DNA of 49,788 bases from Candidatus Dormiibacterota bacterium (GTDB lineage: Bacteria; Chloroflexota; Dormibacteria; CF-121), in the NCBI GenBank assembly GCA_036513555.1, contig DATBYU010000114.1:1-49788 (forward strand). The letters run 5' to 3'. A program made the translations under genes and the position numbers. Of this stretch, positions 9,581 through 18,792 are shown piece after piece. Numbering within the stretch: position 1 is the stretch's first letter; every line of letters begins with the position of its first letter. The notes beneath the pieces were generated by a model. The model saw only the letters and a program-made list of their open reading frames with translations. It was not told the DNA's origin and searched no databases.

Positions 9581-9827
9581 GTGCTGCCCTCCAGGACCCG
9601 AGACTGCAAACCATTATAACCAACATATCAAAATTTGTTATAAACGGCGAAGCGAAGCCTCGTTTGTGTGTTTTGTGGCGTCACTGTGCGCAGCGTGACG
9701 GAGCACAAGAGGTCACCCATTGACTGTACGGTCGCGTATCACCTTAGCCGTGGGAACTCCCGCTTGAACGAAGGCGGGCTTGTCGCTACTGTCACGCCCG
9801 AACGGCACCTGTGCCGAGTTTTCGAGC

Positions 9828-10958
9828 ATGTCGCGCATCTTACGGCAACTCACGGTGTTTGGAGGGAGGGTCGTGCTGGGTGTGATGCTTTTTGCACTCC
9901 TCACGCCCCCCTTTGGGCTGCGCGCCTATCTGGAGGCCCGCGCCCAGGATCAAGCGCAGGCGGCCCGCGTGGTCAGCAGCTTCGGGCGCCCGGTCGGCGC
10001 GATCCTCAAGCTGCCGGTCAGCGCGCGTGGGTTTGCGCAGACCCCACGCTCACCGCTCGACGGCATCCGCGGCAAGGGGTCCTGGCTCATGATCTTCGAC
10101 GGCGATTGGAACGATCCGGATGCGGACCGCGCGGCGGCGATCGTCGATGCGGCCGTGCGGGCTGACCTCAGCCACCTCTACATCCGAATCGCCGATTCCA
10201 AGCACCATTTCTACGGCGCTCCGGCGCTGCAGGACCTGCTGCCGATCGCCCACGCGCACGGGCTGAGCATCATCGGTTGGATCGAGCCGATGCTCGACGA
10301 CCCGACCGCCGACACCGCCGATGCGCTGGCGGCCGCCCAGTTCGAGGAACAGGGCCAGCGGCTCGACGGCCTGGCGCTCACCATCGAGGGCAACAGCACC
10401 TCGGACCCGAACGTCGGCCAGTACCTGTCGGGAATCCGCGGCGGCATCACCGGCATGAATGGGCTGGGCGACCGCTACCTGCTGATCGCCAGCACGTTGC
10501 CCACGCCTTATGACCACCCGGGCTATGCGTACGCCACCATGTCGCGTTACTGCCAGGTCTTTGCGCCGATGGTCTACTGGCGTGCCACCGGGCTCCCGCA
10601 GTACAGCGGCGCCGACGGGACGCGGGCCTATGTCGACCAGGTCTTTCAACAGTTCCGCGATCCCGGGGTCAATCCGTTCAAGCGTCCCCTGACGATCACC
10701 GCGCAAACCTACGACGCCGCACCCGAGTACGGCACGCCGGGGGCACCGCCCGCCGACGAGATCATCACCTCGATGAATGAGACCCGCGCCCAGGGCGGCA
10801 TCAGCTGGTCCTATTACCGGCTGGCGAATGCCGACAATGGCGTCACCGGGGACGAGCAGCAAGCGATCACGGCTTACCCGTTCTGGCAGCGATACCGCGG
10901 AGGGGGGATCGCGGCCAAGGCATTGATCGCCCTACCTGACCAGCCAGTCGCCTATTAA
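9828..10958 (+). CDS. Secreted/membrane-anchored hypothetical protein, possibly a glycoside-hydrolase-like TIM barrel
   Basis: Long ORF (the track starts it at 9780; the ATG at 9828 gives a signal/TM-like N-terminus). High GC3. The functional call is weak. Confidence 0.6.
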   Translation: MSRILRQLTVFGGRVVLGVMLFALLTPPFGLRAYLEARAQDQAQAARVVSSFGRPVGAILKLPVSARGFAQTPRSPLDGIRGKGSWLMIFDGDWNDPDADRAAAIVDAAVRADLSHLYIRIADSKHHFYGAPALQDLLPIAHAHGLSIIGWIEPMLDDPTADTADALAAAQFEEQGQRLDGLALTIEGNSTSDPNVGQYLSGIRGGITGMNGLGDRYLLIASTLPTPYDHPGYAYATMSRYCQVFAPMVYWRATGLPQYSGADGTRAYVDQVFQQFRDPGVNPFKRPLTITAQTYDAAPEYGTPGAPPADEIITSMNETRAQGGISWSYYRLANADNGVTGDEQQAITAYPFWQRYRGGGIAAKALIALPDQPVAY

Positions 10959-10980
10959 GAGAAGAGGGGTTGAGGAACAA

Positions 10981-12948
10981 ATGAAAACCTTTTTCCGCCG
11001 TCTTTCCATCCCGGCGGGCCTGCGCACAAAGCGCGTCGTGGTGCCCGCGCTCGCGCTGGTCGGGGTGCTCCTCCTCGGTGGGCTATGGTTCCTCGGACAC
11101 TCCGGCACCAATTCCGTCTGGAATCAGCCCCAGACACCGATCAGCGACGTGCTCGACCGCGTCGATCGCGGTGACATCGTGGCTGCCACCATCAGCGGCC
11201 AGCGCATCCTGCTGACCGATACCGCCGGCCGGCAGTCGTGGACCATCGAAAAAGAGTCGTCGATGGGCACCACCGAGCAGTATCTGCGCAGTCACAACGT
11301 CAAGGTCGGCGTCCAATCGACGGACGATGTCTCCTTCACCTCGGTGCTGCCGAACCTGCTGGGCCTCCTGGTCCTGCTCGCGCTGCTGTTCATCATGTTG
11401 CGCCGTTCGAACCTGATGGGAAATCCGATGGGCGCGATGACCAAGCACCTGGCCGAAGCCAAGGTCGGTGACGGCGACCAGGTCACGTTCGACCAGGTGG
11501 TCGGTGTTGACGAGGCCAAGCACGAGTTGGAGGAAGTCGTCGAATTCCTCAAGGCACCCGGGAGTTTCGGCCAGCTCGGAGCGCGGATGCCGCGCGGGAT
11601 CCTGTTGGTCGGTCCGCCTGGCACCGGCAAGACGCTGCTGTCGCGCGCCGTGGCGGGCGAGGCAAAAGTCCCCTACTTCTCTCTCAGCGGCTCCGACTTC
11701 GTCGAGATGTTCGTGGGCGTCGGCGCGGCGCGGGTGCGCGACCTCTTTAAGCATGCGAAGAAGAACGCGCCCTGTATCGTCTTTCTCGACGAGATCGACG
11801 CACTCGGCCGCAAACGGGGTGGCGCCCAGATCCGGACCAACGAAGAGCGCGAGCAGACGCTGAACCAGCTGCTGGTGGAGATGGACGGGTTCAACACCGA
11901 TTGCGCGGTGGTCGTGATCGCGGCCACCAACCGGCCCGACGTCCTGGACCCGGCTTTGCTCCGCTCCGGCCGGTTCGACCGCCGCGTCGCGATCGACGCC
12001 CCGGACCTCAACGGCCGCCGCGCCATCCTGAACCTCTATGCGGCGCAGAAGCCGCTCGCCGACAACATCAACCTCGACATCGTGGCGCGGCAGACGCCGG
12101 GATTCACCGGGGCCGACCTGGCGAATCTCCTCAACGAGGCGGCGATCCTGGCGGCGCGCAACAAGAAGCTGGCGATCGGCAAGCAGGAGCTGGAAGAGGC
12201 CGGCCTGCGCGTGATGGCGGGCCCGGAAAAGCGCAGCCGGATGATCACACCGGAAGAGAAGGCGATCATCGCCTACCACGAGGTCGGACACGCCCTCGTC
12301 ATGAAGTCGATTGCCAAGAGCGATCCGGTGCACAAAGTCTCGGTCGTCTCGAGGGGGCAGGCGCTCGGCGTCACCATCCAGTTGCCGTTGAAGGATCGCT
12401 ACCTGACGTCGAAGTCGGAGTTGATCGCGCGCATGGCGGCCGCGATGGGCGGTCGAGCCGCTGAAGAGATCATCTTCGGGGACGTCACCACTGGCGCCAA
12501 GCAGGACATCGAGTACGCGACCAACGTTGCACGCCAGATGGTGTGTGAGTTCGGGATGAGTGAGCGGCTTGGGCTGGTGACCCTGCACCGCAAGGGCGAT
12601 GGTGACAGTCTTTTCTTTTCCGAGTTAACCGCGGCCGACGTCGATGCCGAGGTCAAAGCGCTGACCGATGCGGCCTACCGCCAGGCGTATGAGATCTGCG
12701 AGTCACGACGTGCCACGCTCATCCGGATCGCCGATCACCTGCAACTGGTGGAGACGATGGATGGAGAGGAGCTCGATCGGTTGCTGCTCGAGGAGGCCGC
12801 CGCGCCGCCCGTCAGCGTGGGGCTACCCGAGATCGCGGAGTCAGCCGCCGCGCCCAGGATCGCAGCCGCTGAGGCGCATAACTGGGACGATGGCTCGAGC
12901 GATTCGGTGCACGAGAACGAGCCAGGGCCACCGATCGCGGCCAGCTAA
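10981..12948 (+). CDS. ftsH: ATP-dependent zinc metalloprotease FtsH
   Basis: Two N-terminal TM segments, Walker [12 protein letters not shown] second region of homology, and the zinc motif HEVGHAL. Confidence 0.95.
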   Translation: MKTFFRRLSIPAGLRTKRVVVPALALVGVLLLGGLWFLGHSGTNSVWNQPQTPISDVLDRVDRGDIVAATISGQRILLTDTAGRQSWTIEKESSMGTTEQYLRSHNVKVGVQSTDDVSFTSVLPNLLGLLVLLALLFIMLRRSNLMGNPMGAMTKHLAEAKVGDGDQVTFDQVVGVDEAKHELEEVVEFLKAPGSFGQLGARMPRGILLVGPPGTGKTLLSRAVAGEAKVPYFSLSGSDFVEMFVGVGAARVRDLFKHAKKNAPCIVFLDEIDALGRKRGGAQIRTNEEREQTLNQLLVEMDGFNTDCAVVVIAATNRPDVLDPALLRSGRFDRRVAIDAPDLNGRRAILNLYAAQKPLADNINLDIVARQTPGFTGADLANLLNEAAILAARNKKLAIGKQELEEAGLRVMAGPEKRSRMITPEEKAIIAYHEVGHALVMKSIAKSDPVHKVSVVSRGQALGVTIQLPLKDRYLTSKSELIARMAAAMGGRAAEEIIFGDVTTGAKQDIEYATNVARQMVCEFGMSERLGLVTLHRKGDGDSLFFSELTAADVDAEVKALTDAAYRQAYEICESRRATLIRIADHLQLVETMDGEELDRLLLEEAAAPPVSVGLPEIAESAAAPRIAAAEAHNWDDGSSDSVHENEPGPPIAAS

Positions 12949-12955
12949 CGACGAA

Positions 12956-13300
12956 CTAAATAATCTCCTCGTAGAGGTCGTAGACCTGCTTCAGGTCGTC
13001 GGGCGGTTTGATGCCGCCGCGCTTCAATGACTCCAGCAGCATGAGGATGTACTTGACGCCTGCGAGATTGACCCCTTTCTCCCGGGTCAATTGCTGGATC
13101 ACCTGCAGCTTGCGCACGTTGCGCTGCGAGTAGCGGCGCCGGTTGGTCGCGGTGCGATAGGGCTCGATCAGCCCAAGGTCTTCGTACATCATCAGGGTTC
13201 GCGGGTGGGTCTCGAGGATCTCGGAGGCCACGCTGATCGTGTAGAGCGCCTTGTCGAGGTCGAAGGCTCCACCGATCCGTGGATCGCGGTTGGGGACCAC
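12956..13300 (-). CDS. HspR-like MerR-family transcriptional regulator (paralog 3)
   Basis: YTISVASEILETHPRTLMMYEDLGLIEPYRTATNRRRYSQRNVRKLQVIQQLTREKGVNLAGVKYIL. The GTG start lies 3 nt after the stop of the receiver gene. Confidence 0.85.
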   Translation of the reverse strand: MVPNRDPRIGGAFDLDKALYTISVASEILETHPRTLMMYEDLGLIEPYRTATNRRRYSQRNVRKLQVIQQLTREKGVNLAGVKYILMLLESLKRGGIKPPDDLKQVYDLYEEII

Positions 13301-13303
13301 CGT

Positions 13304-13693
13304 CTATTCCTTGACCCAATCCTGGACGCCGCGGCTCAAGCTGGCGGGCGTGGTCTCGGACTTGATCAGGTAGTCGAGGGCGCCGAGCTTCAGTCCGCGA
13401 TCGACTAATTCCTTCTCGCCGTAGTTGGACAGGATGATGACCGGAATGTTCTTGGTGACTCCATCGGACCGAAGGTTCTCGAGAACGGCGAAACCGTCCA
13501 TCTTCGGGAGTCGAATGTCGAGGAAGACGATGTCCGGGACCTGGTTTTTGGCGTGGTCGAGGCCCTCCTCGCCGGATTTCGCGACCGTGACCCGGTAGCC
13601 ATCCAACTCCAGCTTGAGCTTGTACATCTCAGCCACCGCCGGATCATCTTCGATGAATAGGACGTTTACGTCCTCGTCGACGACTTCACTCAT
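13304..13693 (-). CDS. Stand-alone CheY-like receiver protein
   Basis: 129 aa. Acidic pocket IEDD, phospho-acceptor context DIVFLDIRLPKMDG, ILSN and YLIK. No output domain. AGGAGGGG RBS. Confidence 0.9.
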   Translation of the reverse strand: MSEVVDEDVNVLFIEDDPAVAEMYKLKLELDGYRVTVAKSGEEGLDHAKNQVPDIVFLDIRLPKMDGFAVLENLRSDGVTKNIPVIILSNYGEKELVDRGLKLGALDYLIKSETTPASLSRGVQDWVKE

Positions 13694-13903
13694 GTCCCCT
13701 CCTTAGGACGCCAGATCGCAAAACAGACATCATGCCTGTCATCTTTCCTCCCTTCCCATCGGTGGTTAGTATAAAACAACTTCACCCAATTTCCTGAATG
13801 GGCGACGTACCCAACCGAATGTCCGGCGCGCCCAAAGGCAAGTGATACGATGGCGTCGCGGTCCCCCGGAAGCACCGTGCTGCCGTGGAGGCGCGCGTTT
13901 TGC

Positions 13904-14125
13904 ATGCGATATCTACGAGGTCTTCGGCACGGCGCGATCGCCGGGGCGATCCTGGGGCTGCTGTACGCGCCGGAATCGGGCGTGGCCATGCGGCGCCGGC
14001 TCTCGCGACTGCTGGGCCAGGCCCAGGCGATGATGGCCGGCGATGGCGGTGCGCCGGTGACCCCCGCGGCAACACCCCGGCGCCGAGCGGCAGGAGCAGG
14101 AGAAAGCAGGGCCAAGCGCCCGTAG
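13904..14125 (+). CDS. YtxH-domain protein
   Basis: GAIAGAILGLLYAPESGVAMRRRL matches the YtxH motif (G-rich TM followed by APxSG). ATG at 13904 lies inside the longer track ORF. Confidence 0.6.
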   Translation: MRYLRGLRHGAIAGAILGLLYAPESGVAMRRRLSRLLGQAQAMMAGDGGAPVTPAATPRRRAAGAGESRAKRP

Positions 14126-14135
14126 GAGGACGAGG

Positions 14136-14510
14136 ATGGATCAGACTGTGGAGAAGACGATCGACCGGTTGAGCGAGCTGCTCGACCGTGCCACCAAAAC
14201 CGCTCAGGACCTCGAGGTGAAGGACCGCCTGACGGATGCCGTCTCGGCCTTGCGCCGGACCCGGATCACCCAGGACGACGATGCCGGCGTGGAGCGTTTT
14301 GTCACTGGACTCCTGCTCGGGGTCGCGGTCGGCTTTGGGCTTGCGCTGCTGCTCGCCCCCAAATCCGGCGAGGAGATGCGCGACGACTTGATGCAGCGCG
14401 GCATCGAGCTGCGCGACCGAGCCGGCGGGCTGGCGTCAAAGATGTCCTTCGGGGATGGCGAGCAGGGCCGCACCGAGAAAGCATCCAGCGACCAGCCGGG
14501 GATCGCCTAG
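14136..14510 (+). CDS. YtxH-domain protein
   Basis: GLLLGVAVGFGLALLLAPKSGEEMRDDL carries the YtxH motif. ATG is preceded by GGAGGA. Confidence 0.7.
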   Translation: MDQTVEKTIDRLSELLDRATKTAQDLEVKDRLTDAVSALRRTRITQDDDAGVERFVTGLLLGVAVGFGLALLLAPKSGEEMRDDLMQRGIELRDRAGGLASKMSFGDGEQGRTEKASSDQPGIA

Positions 14511-14526
14511 TTCAGACTCGCGCTCG

Positions 14527-16788
14527 TTAGTTGTTTCCCTGGTTGTTGGGGGTCGGTGAGGGCGACGGCGTGGGTGGCGGCGCGGGTGGTGGTGGCGGCG
14601 GGTTGATGATGCAGTAGACGCCGTTGACCGTGATTTGCGAGTAGGTCAGCGTGTAGGGGTTGTAGTTCGCGGGGAGCTTGCACTGCGGCCAGGGCTGCGC
14701 GAGTGTGCCCGGCAGGCTCTCGGTACCGGGCAAGAAGTAATTCGCGCCCACGGCGTGAACGCTGGCCGGCACCGGGTACCACTCGTCGGGTTTCCCGGCA
14801 AGCGCCTGCATCATGAACTTGTGCCAGATGGGCGCAGCGCCAACGATGCCCGTCGAGTTGTGGCTGAGCGGCTTGTTGTCCGGGTTGCCGACCCACACCG
14901 CCGTCGCCAAGCTCGGCGTGAAGCCGATCGTCCAGTTGTCCTTGAAGTCGTTGGTGGTGCCGGTCTTTGCGGCGACCGTCCGGCCGGGCAGCGTGAGGTC
15001 GCCGTGGCAGCCGAATTCCAGGCAGCGGTTGCGGTCGTCCGACATGATCTGGGCGATGATGAACGCGACGTTCTCGTCTACGGCGCGGAACTCATTCTTC
15101 TTCGCGTCGTAGGTGAAGACGTCGCGACCTAGGCCATCTTTGATGTTGAGAATTGGCGCCTCGCGATGACGGACCCCGAGCGTCGCCAGCGTCGAGGCCG
15201 CCGTCGCCATGTCGGCGAGCCGCACCGGGTACGCGCCCAGGGTCAGGCTCATCCCGTAGTTGTCCGGGCTCTGGTCGACGCACGGGAGCGGACCCAAGCA
15301 GGTCAAGCCCATGCGGTGCGCCATGTCGACCACCGCCGGGATGCCGGTGCGCAGCTCCGTCTTCAGCGCCGGGATGTTCATCGAGTTGCCCATCGCCATC
15401 TTCAGCGGCAGCGTGCCGTGAAAGCGGCGATCGTAGTTTTGCGGGATGTACTTGCCGAAACCGGCCGGGTCGCCGCCGATGGGAAAGACCAGCGGCTCGT
15501 CCAGGATCGGACTGACCATGTTCACCTTGCGGCTTTCGATGGCGGCGGTGTAGGTGAAGATCTTGAAGCTCGAGCCCGGCGGGCGCGGCTGGTCGTAAGC
15601 GAAGTTGAACTGACCGCCTGGACGGTTGTAGTCGACGCCGCCAACCATGGCCAGCACCTCGCCGGTCTTCGGATCCATGCTCACTAGCGCTGCGTCGTGG
15701 AAGTTATAGAAGTTGCCCTTCTGGGCCACCTGGTCGTAGACGGTCTGCTCCGCGAGATGTTGCAGGTTGAGGTCGAGGCTGGTGTAGACGCGGTAACCTT
15801 TGCGATCGTCGGGTTTGATGTTGTAGGGGGGATTGGCGAGCGTCTTCAAGACGTAATCGACGAAGTAGGGCGCCTCGAACTTCGTGGTCGGTGGGAAGAT
15901 CTGCAGTTTGACGGCATAAGCGGCTTCGGCCTGCGCCGCAGTGACGTACTTCTCGCCGACCATCGCGGCGAGCACCTGCGCCTGCCGCTGCTTGGCGGAT
16001 TGCAGGTTCACCACCGGGTTGTACTGCGTCGGCGCCTGCGGGAGTCCGGCGAGCATGGCGGCCTGTGCCAGGGATAAGTCGTGCGCGTTGGTCTGGAAGT
16101 AGCTGCGTGCCGCCGCCTCGATACCGTACGTCTGACTGCCATAGAAGATGGTGTTGAGGTACATCTCGAGGATCTGGTTCTTGCTGTACTCACGGTTCAG
16201 CTCGATGGCCAGGATGGCTTCCTTGAGCTTGCGTTGGATGTCCGCTGGGGCATTCGAACCGATGTAGACCTGCTTGACCAGCTGCTGGCTGATGGTGCTG
16301 CCACCCTGCTTGACCGCGTGGTGCTGATAGTTCGCGATGGCGGCGCGAACGATGCCGCCGAGGTCGATGCCACTGTTCGAGTAAAACGTGCGGTCCTCGG
16401 TGGCGAGGGTCGCCTTCACCACCCAGGGCGAGATGTAATTGAGCGGCACCACGATGCGATGGTCGCCGGCCTTGCCGATGTCGGCGAGCAAGGTGCCATG
16501 GCGGTCGTAGATCAGGGTGTCCTGCTGCATCTTGTTGGAGGCCAGCCCGCTGACGGCCGGCAGGGTACCCACGGCCTGCGCCGTGATCGCCGGAATGCCG
16601 AGCAGAGGCAGCAGGAAGACGACCAGCAGGCCGAGGATCAGGACCCGCCGAAAGTCCGCACGGCTACGCCGGCGCCAGCGCTCGACGTTGCGCTGACTCC
16701 GTCGGCGGGTGGCGAGGCTTAGGCGCTCAGAAACCCGAAGATCCCTGAAAGGAGGAGCCACAGAGAGACGAGGATAACGGCTCCCCAC
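14527..16788 (-). CDS. Class A penicillin-binding protein (transglycosylase/transpeptidase)
   Basis: GT51 motifs EDRTFYSNSGID and RKLKEAILAIELNREYSK. Transpeptidase motifs SSFK, SMN and KTGTT. Proline-rich C-terminal tail. Confidence 0.9.
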   Translation of the reverse strand: MGSRYPRLSVAPPFRDLRVSERLSLATRRRSQRNVERWRRRSRADFRRVLILGLLVVFLLPLLGIPAITAQAVGTLPAVSGLASNKMQQDTLIYDRHGTLLADIGKAGDHRIVVPLNYISPWVVKATLATEDRTFYSNSGIDLGGIVRAAIANYQHHAVKQGGSTISQQLVKQVYIGSNAPADIQRKLKEAILAIELNREYSKNQILEMYLNTIFYGSQTYGIEAAARSYFQTNAHDLSLAQAAMLAGLPQAPTQYNPVVNLQSAKQRQAQVLAAMVGEKYVTAAQAEAAYAVKLQIFPPTTKFEAPYFVDYVLKTLANPPYNIKPDDRKGYRVYTSLDLNLQHLAEQTVYDQVAQKGNFYNFHDAALVSMDPKTGEVLAMVGGVDYNRPGGQFNFAYDQPRPPGSSFKIFTYTAAIESRKVNMVSPILDEPLVFPIGGDPAGFGKYIPQNYDRRFHGTLPLKMAMGNSMNIPALKTELRTGIPAVVDMAHRMGLTCLGPLPCVDQSPDNYGMSLTLGAYPVRLADMATAASTLATLGVRHREAPILNIKDGLGRDVFTYDAKKNEFRAVDENVAFIIAQIMSDDRNRCLEFGCHGDLTLPGRTVAAKTGTTNDFKDNWTIGFTPSLATAVWVGNPDNKPLSHNSTGIVGAAPIWHKFMMQALAGKPDEWYPVPASVHAVGANYFLPGTESLPGTLAQPWPQCKLPANYNPYTLTYSQITVNGVYCIINPPPPPPAPPPTPSPSPTPNNQGNN

Positions 16789-17105
16789 CCCGCTCCGCTG
16801 GCGATGGTCCGAAGAGGTGACCGGCGCAGCCGCCGGATCTGGCGCCGACGAGCGTCGAGGGACGAGAGGCCGCTAGCAGTTACTGAGTGAGTCGCGTGCG
16901 GGATACTTATCAATTCAAGCCCCTAAAATCCTACTCTGTGGGTGAACTAAAAGCTGATGGAGCCAGTATAACGTAAGTAGGATTCGCTTGTGAGAGTCGA
17001 GTACGCGTTGCCATCGTCGACTGTCCAACGGGAGCCCGGGGCGGATGGTTACGCCGACGGTGAATGGGCGGATCCGCGTGATCGCGGCCCTATAATGGGG
17101 CCGCC

Positions 17106-17627
17106 TTGTCGCCTTCGGAAGCCACGCCCAAAGTCGGAACGGTATTCTGTCGCGAGTGCGGCAGGCCGATCGAGGCGGACGCCCGTTTTTGTCGATTCTG
17201 CGGGAAGTCCCAGGCCGACCCCGCGGCCGGCTCCGCCTCCACCGCCTCGCATTCTGGCTCGACTGGCCCGACCGGCGCCGGGCTTGAGCACTGGCTACGC
17301 GAGCTCTTTCCCCGCCACCATCTGCAAGACGAGTTCATGCACATCGGGACCATTGCCGCCTTCCTCATGGCGCTGATCGGGTTTGTGCTGGGTTTCTTCC
17401 TGGCCTACAGCTGGCTCGGCACGAACTTTCTGCTGGGGTCCGTCGCCCTGCTCCTTTTCCTCATTCTGCGAGAGTCGACGCTGAGTCACATTCGGGTCCG
17501 TGGAAGCGCACCAACACCGACCCCGACTGGCGGCCGGACCCACGCGGGTCGCCGACCCGCACCGACGCCCGGAGTCCCCGCCGAGGCCGCCAACGCCGAA
17601 TCCTCGCCGCCCCCGACGCCGAAATAG
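17106..17627 (+). CDS. Zinc-ribbon membrane protein (hypothetical)
   Basis: CRECGRPIEADARFCRFCG zinc ribbon, followed by two TM helices and a Pro-rich tail. TTG start. Confidence 0.6.
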   Translation: MSPSEATPKVGTVFCRECGRPIEADARFCRFCGKSQADPAAGSASTASHSGSTGPTGAGLEHWLRELFPRHHLQDEFMHIGTIAAFLMALIGFVLGFFLAYSWLGTNFLLGSVALLLFLILRESTLSHIRVRGSAPTPTPTGGRTHAGRRPAPTPGVPAEAANAESSPPPTPK

Positions 17628-17630
17628 AAA

Positions 17631-17654
17631 AGCCGGCCTGGCGGCAGGCCGGCT
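17631..17654. terminator. GC-rich hairpin between convergent genes; intrinsic terminator mainly for csbD
   Basis: AGCCGGCCT-GGCGGC-AGGCCGGCT. On the minus strand it is followed by TTTTC. Confidence 0.55.
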
Positions 17655-17670
17655 CCTCAGCTCTTAAGAG

Positions 17671-17859
17671 CTAGAGGTTCTTGTCGCCTTCGGTCGCTTC
17701 GCCCTCGAGTGGCTCACCATCCCGCATCTTGCGGGCCGCGCCTTCGACAGCGCCCTTCGCCTTCTGGCCTTTGCCTTCCCACTCCATTTTCTTGTCGCCG
17801 GCCAGCTTGCCGCCAGTATCCTTAGCCTCGCCCTCGACTTTGTCCCGCAACTCGCCCAT
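17671..17859 (-). CDS. csbD: CsbD-family general stress protein
   Basis: 62 aa. KVEGEAKDTGGKLAGDKKMEWEGKGQKAKGAVE is typical CsbD. Confidence 0.8.
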   Translation of the reverse strand: MGELRDKVEGEAKDTGGKLAGDKKMEWEGKGQKAKGAVEGAARKMRDGEPLEGEATEGDKNL

Positions 17860-17994
17860 CTGGCACCTCCGGTAATGTTTGACGCGATATCGCGCCTGTT
17901 ATGAAGCATTATAACGTGCCACTAATGGTCGGGCTACAACTTGATGCCGGGGCTGGGGGTTTATTTGAGTTCACATGTATTTACGAATCCTCCC

Positions 17995-18023
17995 TTGAGC
18001 CCGCTCACGTTGCCACCTATACT
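17995..18023 (+). promoter_or_regulatory. Sigma-70-like promoter for HspR paralog 4
   Basis: TTGAGC, 17-nt spacer, TATACT. The small inverted repeat TGAGC-CC-GCTCA overlaps the -35. Confidence 0.45.
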
Positions 18024-18106
18024 GACCATCGCCTCGCTCGACGCGACATCAGGCGGTGGCGTTATGGTCTTCGATCGGAAACCGGTAAACATTTTTGGAG
18101 GGCCGC

Positions 18107-18454
18107 ATGGCTATCGCCGTCAAGCGTGAAACCCGACGCGACACGAACATCTCCCTGGACAAACCGATTTACACCATCAGCGTGGCGTCTGAGATCTTGG
18201 AGACCCATCCGCGGACGCTGATGATGTACGAGCACCTCGGGCTGGTCGTGCCGAAGCGGACCTCGACCAACCGACGACGCTTCTCGCAGCGCGACGTCAT
18301 GAAGCTCCAGACCATTCAGAAGCTGACCCGGCAGCACTCGGTCAACCTGGCCGGTGTCCGCTACATCCTCAAACTCCTCAAGCTGTTGCACGAACACCAG
18401 CTGCCGTCGCCAGTCGAGCTCCGCGACATCGACGTCGCGCAGCTGGACGTCTGA
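18107..18454 (+). CDS. HspR-like MerR-family transcriptional regulator (paralog 4)
   Basis: YTISVASEILETHPRTLMMYEHLGLVVPKRTSTNRRRFSQRDVMKLQTIQKLTRQHSVNLAGVRYIL. ATG at 18107 follows GGAGGG (the track ORF starts at the TTG at 18095). Confidence 0.85.
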   Translation: MAIAVKRETRRDTNISLDKPIYTISVASEILETHPRTLMMYEHLGLVVPKRTSTNRRRFSQRDVMKLQTIQKLTRQHSVNLAGVRYILKLLKLLHEHQLPSPVELRDIDVAQLDV

Positions 18455-18588
18455 ACACCGCGCGTCACTTACGCGGCGACTGACCGTAACCGTGCGATTT
18501 AGCCTGCGTAGTTTTTTTGCGGATTGTTATGCGCTCGCCATAGGCTTTGCCGACAGTCAGCCGTGGATACTTTCTGATGGCGTCCATG

Positions 18589-18617
18589 TTGACATGGCTC
18601 CAGGGCTTGCCTATAAT
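18589..18617 (+). promoter_or_regulatory. Perfect consensus sigma-70 promoter
   Basis: TTGACA (18589-18594), exactly 17 nt, TATAAT (18612-18617). It lies in an AT-enriched intergenic region. Confidence 0.6.
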
Positions 18618-18645
18618 TTCACGTAGTTCTCTTGCCCCCCTCTTC

Positions 18646-18677
18646 GGGCCCTCCCTTCGGAGGGCCTTAACTTTTCT
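18646..18677 (+). terminator. Terminator-like hairpin, possibly an attenuator
   Basis: GGCCCTCC-CTTC-GGAGGGCC (8 bp) followed by TTAACTTTTCT, about 25 nt downstream of the predicted transcription start. Confidence 0.5.
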
Positions 18678-18792
18678 GGGGCTGTTCGGAGGGACCCGCG
18701 TATGCCTTGTAGAGACTGCACCGTTTTGCTATCCATAAGTCCCGCGCGAATCACGGAGTTCGTCTATACTGCTTCGCGCCAAGAGGAGTGTT

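Noticed and set aside
11083-12588. 501-aa antisense ORF across ftsH
   Set aside because: FtsH motifs (Walker A, HEVGH) unambiguously define the plus-strand frame. The antisense product is low-complexity and Arg/Asp/Leu-rich.
16719-16913. 64-aa ORF overlapping the 5' end of the PBP gene
   Set aside because: It overlaps the PBP N-terminal coding region in another frame, and its start region has no RBS. It is likely spurious.
17084-17108. TATAAT (17091-17096) in the loop of a GCGGCCC/GGGCCGC hairpin, 9 nt before the TTG start of the zinc-ribbon gene (possible leaderless mRNA)
   Set aside because: There is no convincing -35. Leaderless translation normally requires AUG rather than UUG, and the hairpin could equally be incidental. 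This is too speculative without 5'-end data.
17994-18012. Possible HspR operator (HAIR, CTTGAGT-N7-ACTCAAG) upstream of paralog 4
   Set aside because: Only the left half-site (CTTGAGC) is present. The expected right half reads CGTTGCC. I found no full HAIR-like dyad in any of the five upstream regions, so I cannot claim the canonical operator.
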